Shown here piece by piece: positions 62,909 through 64,000 of a stretch of DNA of 64,000 bases. The notes under the pieces are model-generated. The model was not told the origin of the DNA. It ran no database searches and saw only the letters and a list, made by a program, of their open reading frames with translations. The stretch spans positions 288,001 through 352,000 of the forward strand of contig CAWDYC010000005.1 in NCBI GenBank assembly GCA_963806535.1, written 5' to 3'. The stretch is from Candidatus Bathyarchaeota archaeon (GTDB lineage Archaea > Thermoproteota > Bathyarchaeia > Bathyarchaeales > Bathycorpusculaceae). Within the stretch, counting starts at the first letter, position 1. Each line of letters starts with the position of its first letter. The position numbers and the translations under genes are program-made.

Positions 62909-64000
62909 ATGGCAGAAAAAGAATTTTCAGGATACAAAGTTGTTTTGACAGCTGATAGGACATTGATGAGTGAATACTCTGGAGAAATATTCTTGGGATT
63001 CAGCGCCTGTATACCCAAAGGACTCATCCCTGACAAATTGTACTTCTCATTATTCTGTCCTTCAGTTCCTATAAATAAGGATGGTTCAGTCAGGTTTGCC
63101 CCTTGCGGAACCAGAAAAATAGAAGCTACCTTACTCAACAGTGGCATCAGCAAAGAAGACATAATTGTGGCTCACCCCGACCGTCTCGACCAAGTCGTTG
63201 GCTCAAACACAAAAATCCTATGTATAACAGAAAATGACCCTTTGGGCATGGGACCCGCCACATCTACATTCACTCAAATATTTGGTGGCGAAGCGTACAT
63301 GGCGCTTAAATTTAAAGAAATACTCAACCACCCCGCCGTCAAAAAATATAGACCCCAAATAATCGTGGGCGGACCGGGCGCTTGGCAGTTGGAAGACGAC
63401 GAGGCACGCAGAAGCCTTGGAGTGGATTGTGTTGTCATAGGTGAAGGCGAAAAAGTAGTAAACAAATTAGTGGATGAAGCTATTCAGGGCAATCACTTGC
63501 CAGAAGTGGTTCACGGTCCAGTTGTTGAAGAAAAAGATATAGCCCTAATCCAAAACGCAACCGTTGATGGAATAATCGAGATTGCACGTGGATGCGGACG
63601 AGGCTGTGCCTTCTGTGTACCGACGCTTCAACTCTATCGATGCCGCTCAATCGGACACATACTAAAAGAAGTTGAAGTTAACCTACAAGCAGGAAGACAA
63701 CCCCTACTACATGCCGAAGACGTCCTAAGATACAAGGCTAAAGGCTTCGAGATAAACAAACCAGCCGTAAAAGAACTCTTTAGCACAGTTTACAACTACC
63801 CCGGAGTCAAGTCAGTCGGTATCAGCCACTTCGCCCTTTCCTCAGTTGCGAGCGCACCAGACTTGATTAAGGATTTATCGGAAATTTTAGAAGTAGAAAA
63901 AGCAGACGAGTGGATGAGTGGACAATGTGGAATCGAAACCGGTAGCCCTAGACTTATCAAGGAGTTGATGGTGGGCAAAGCTAAGCCGTTTGAGCCTGAG
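62909..64000 (+). CDS. Radical SAM protein with B12-binding-like N-terminus (runs off the window end)
   Basis: VLTADRTLMSEY, GTRKIEA, IVGGPGAWQ, EIARGCGRGCAFC (CxxxCxxC). Confidence 0.85.
   Translation, partial: MAEKEFSGYKVVLTADRTLMSEYSGEIFLGFSACIPKGLIPDKLYFSLFCPSVPINKDGSVRFAPCGTRKIEATLLNSGISKEDIIVAHPDRLDQVVGSNTKILCITENDPLGMGPATSTFTQIFGGEAYMALKFKEILNHPAVKKYRPQIIVGGPGAWQLEDDEARRSLGVDCVVIGEGEKVVNKLVDEAIQGNHLPEVVHGPVVEEKDIALIQNATVDGIIEIARGCGRGCAFCVPTLQLYRCRSIGHILKEVEVNLQAGRQPLLHAEDVLRYKAKGFEINKPAVKELFSTVYNYPGVKSVGISHFALSSVASAPDLIKDLSEILEVEKADEWMSGQCGIETGSPRLIKELMVGKAKPFEPE

Noticed and set aside
18-63978. Numerous antisense/shadow ORFs in the six-frame track (e.g. 834-1262, 33762-34133, 41905-42411, 62857-63162)
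   Set aside because: They lie opposite well-supported genes and show no motifs.
1-64000. CRISPR array or rRNA
   Set aside because: No regularly spaced repeat-spacer pattern or rRNA-like sequence was seen. The repeats found are gene duplications or operators.

Overview
AT-rich archaeal DNA, most consistent with Bathyarchaeia. This is inferred from an eL22-like ribosomal protein, methanopterin genes, an HdrA-MvhD fusion, a stand-alone TFB-like protein, GAGGTGA RBSs and many PadR genes. Many housekeeping genes are split by single frameshifts, probably long-read indel errors. Left part (1-24 kb): a hybrid methanopterin/folate-type pterin cluster, pyrD-pyrK, a CBS-HPF ribosome hibernation factor, a flippase, polyferredoxin plus HdrA-MvhD, eL22, hydrolases, SPFH and TMEM175. 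Middle (24-47 kb): PAS/TrmB/Lrp/TFB-like/PadR regulators, then the main feature, an apparently complete gas vesicle locus. It has two identical gvpA, a 33-residue-repeat gvpC candidate, gvpN, O, F, G, two Zn-ribbon gvpJ-like genes, K, L and M. It is interleaved with its own proteostasis genes: three Hsp20-fold proteins, a Cdc48 lacking an HbYX tail, a zincin-like protein, a GvpF/L-J-domain fusion and an adjacent Hsp70. Right part (47.6-64 kb): tRNA-Arg(TCG), an integrase remnant, and an efflux/regulator island (PadR, MarR, HTH_10, two Drr-like ABC systems, two MFS, CDF) with visible repeated operators and tRNA 3' fragments, ending in a partial radical SAM gene. All calls come from motif recognition by eye; no database searches were run.
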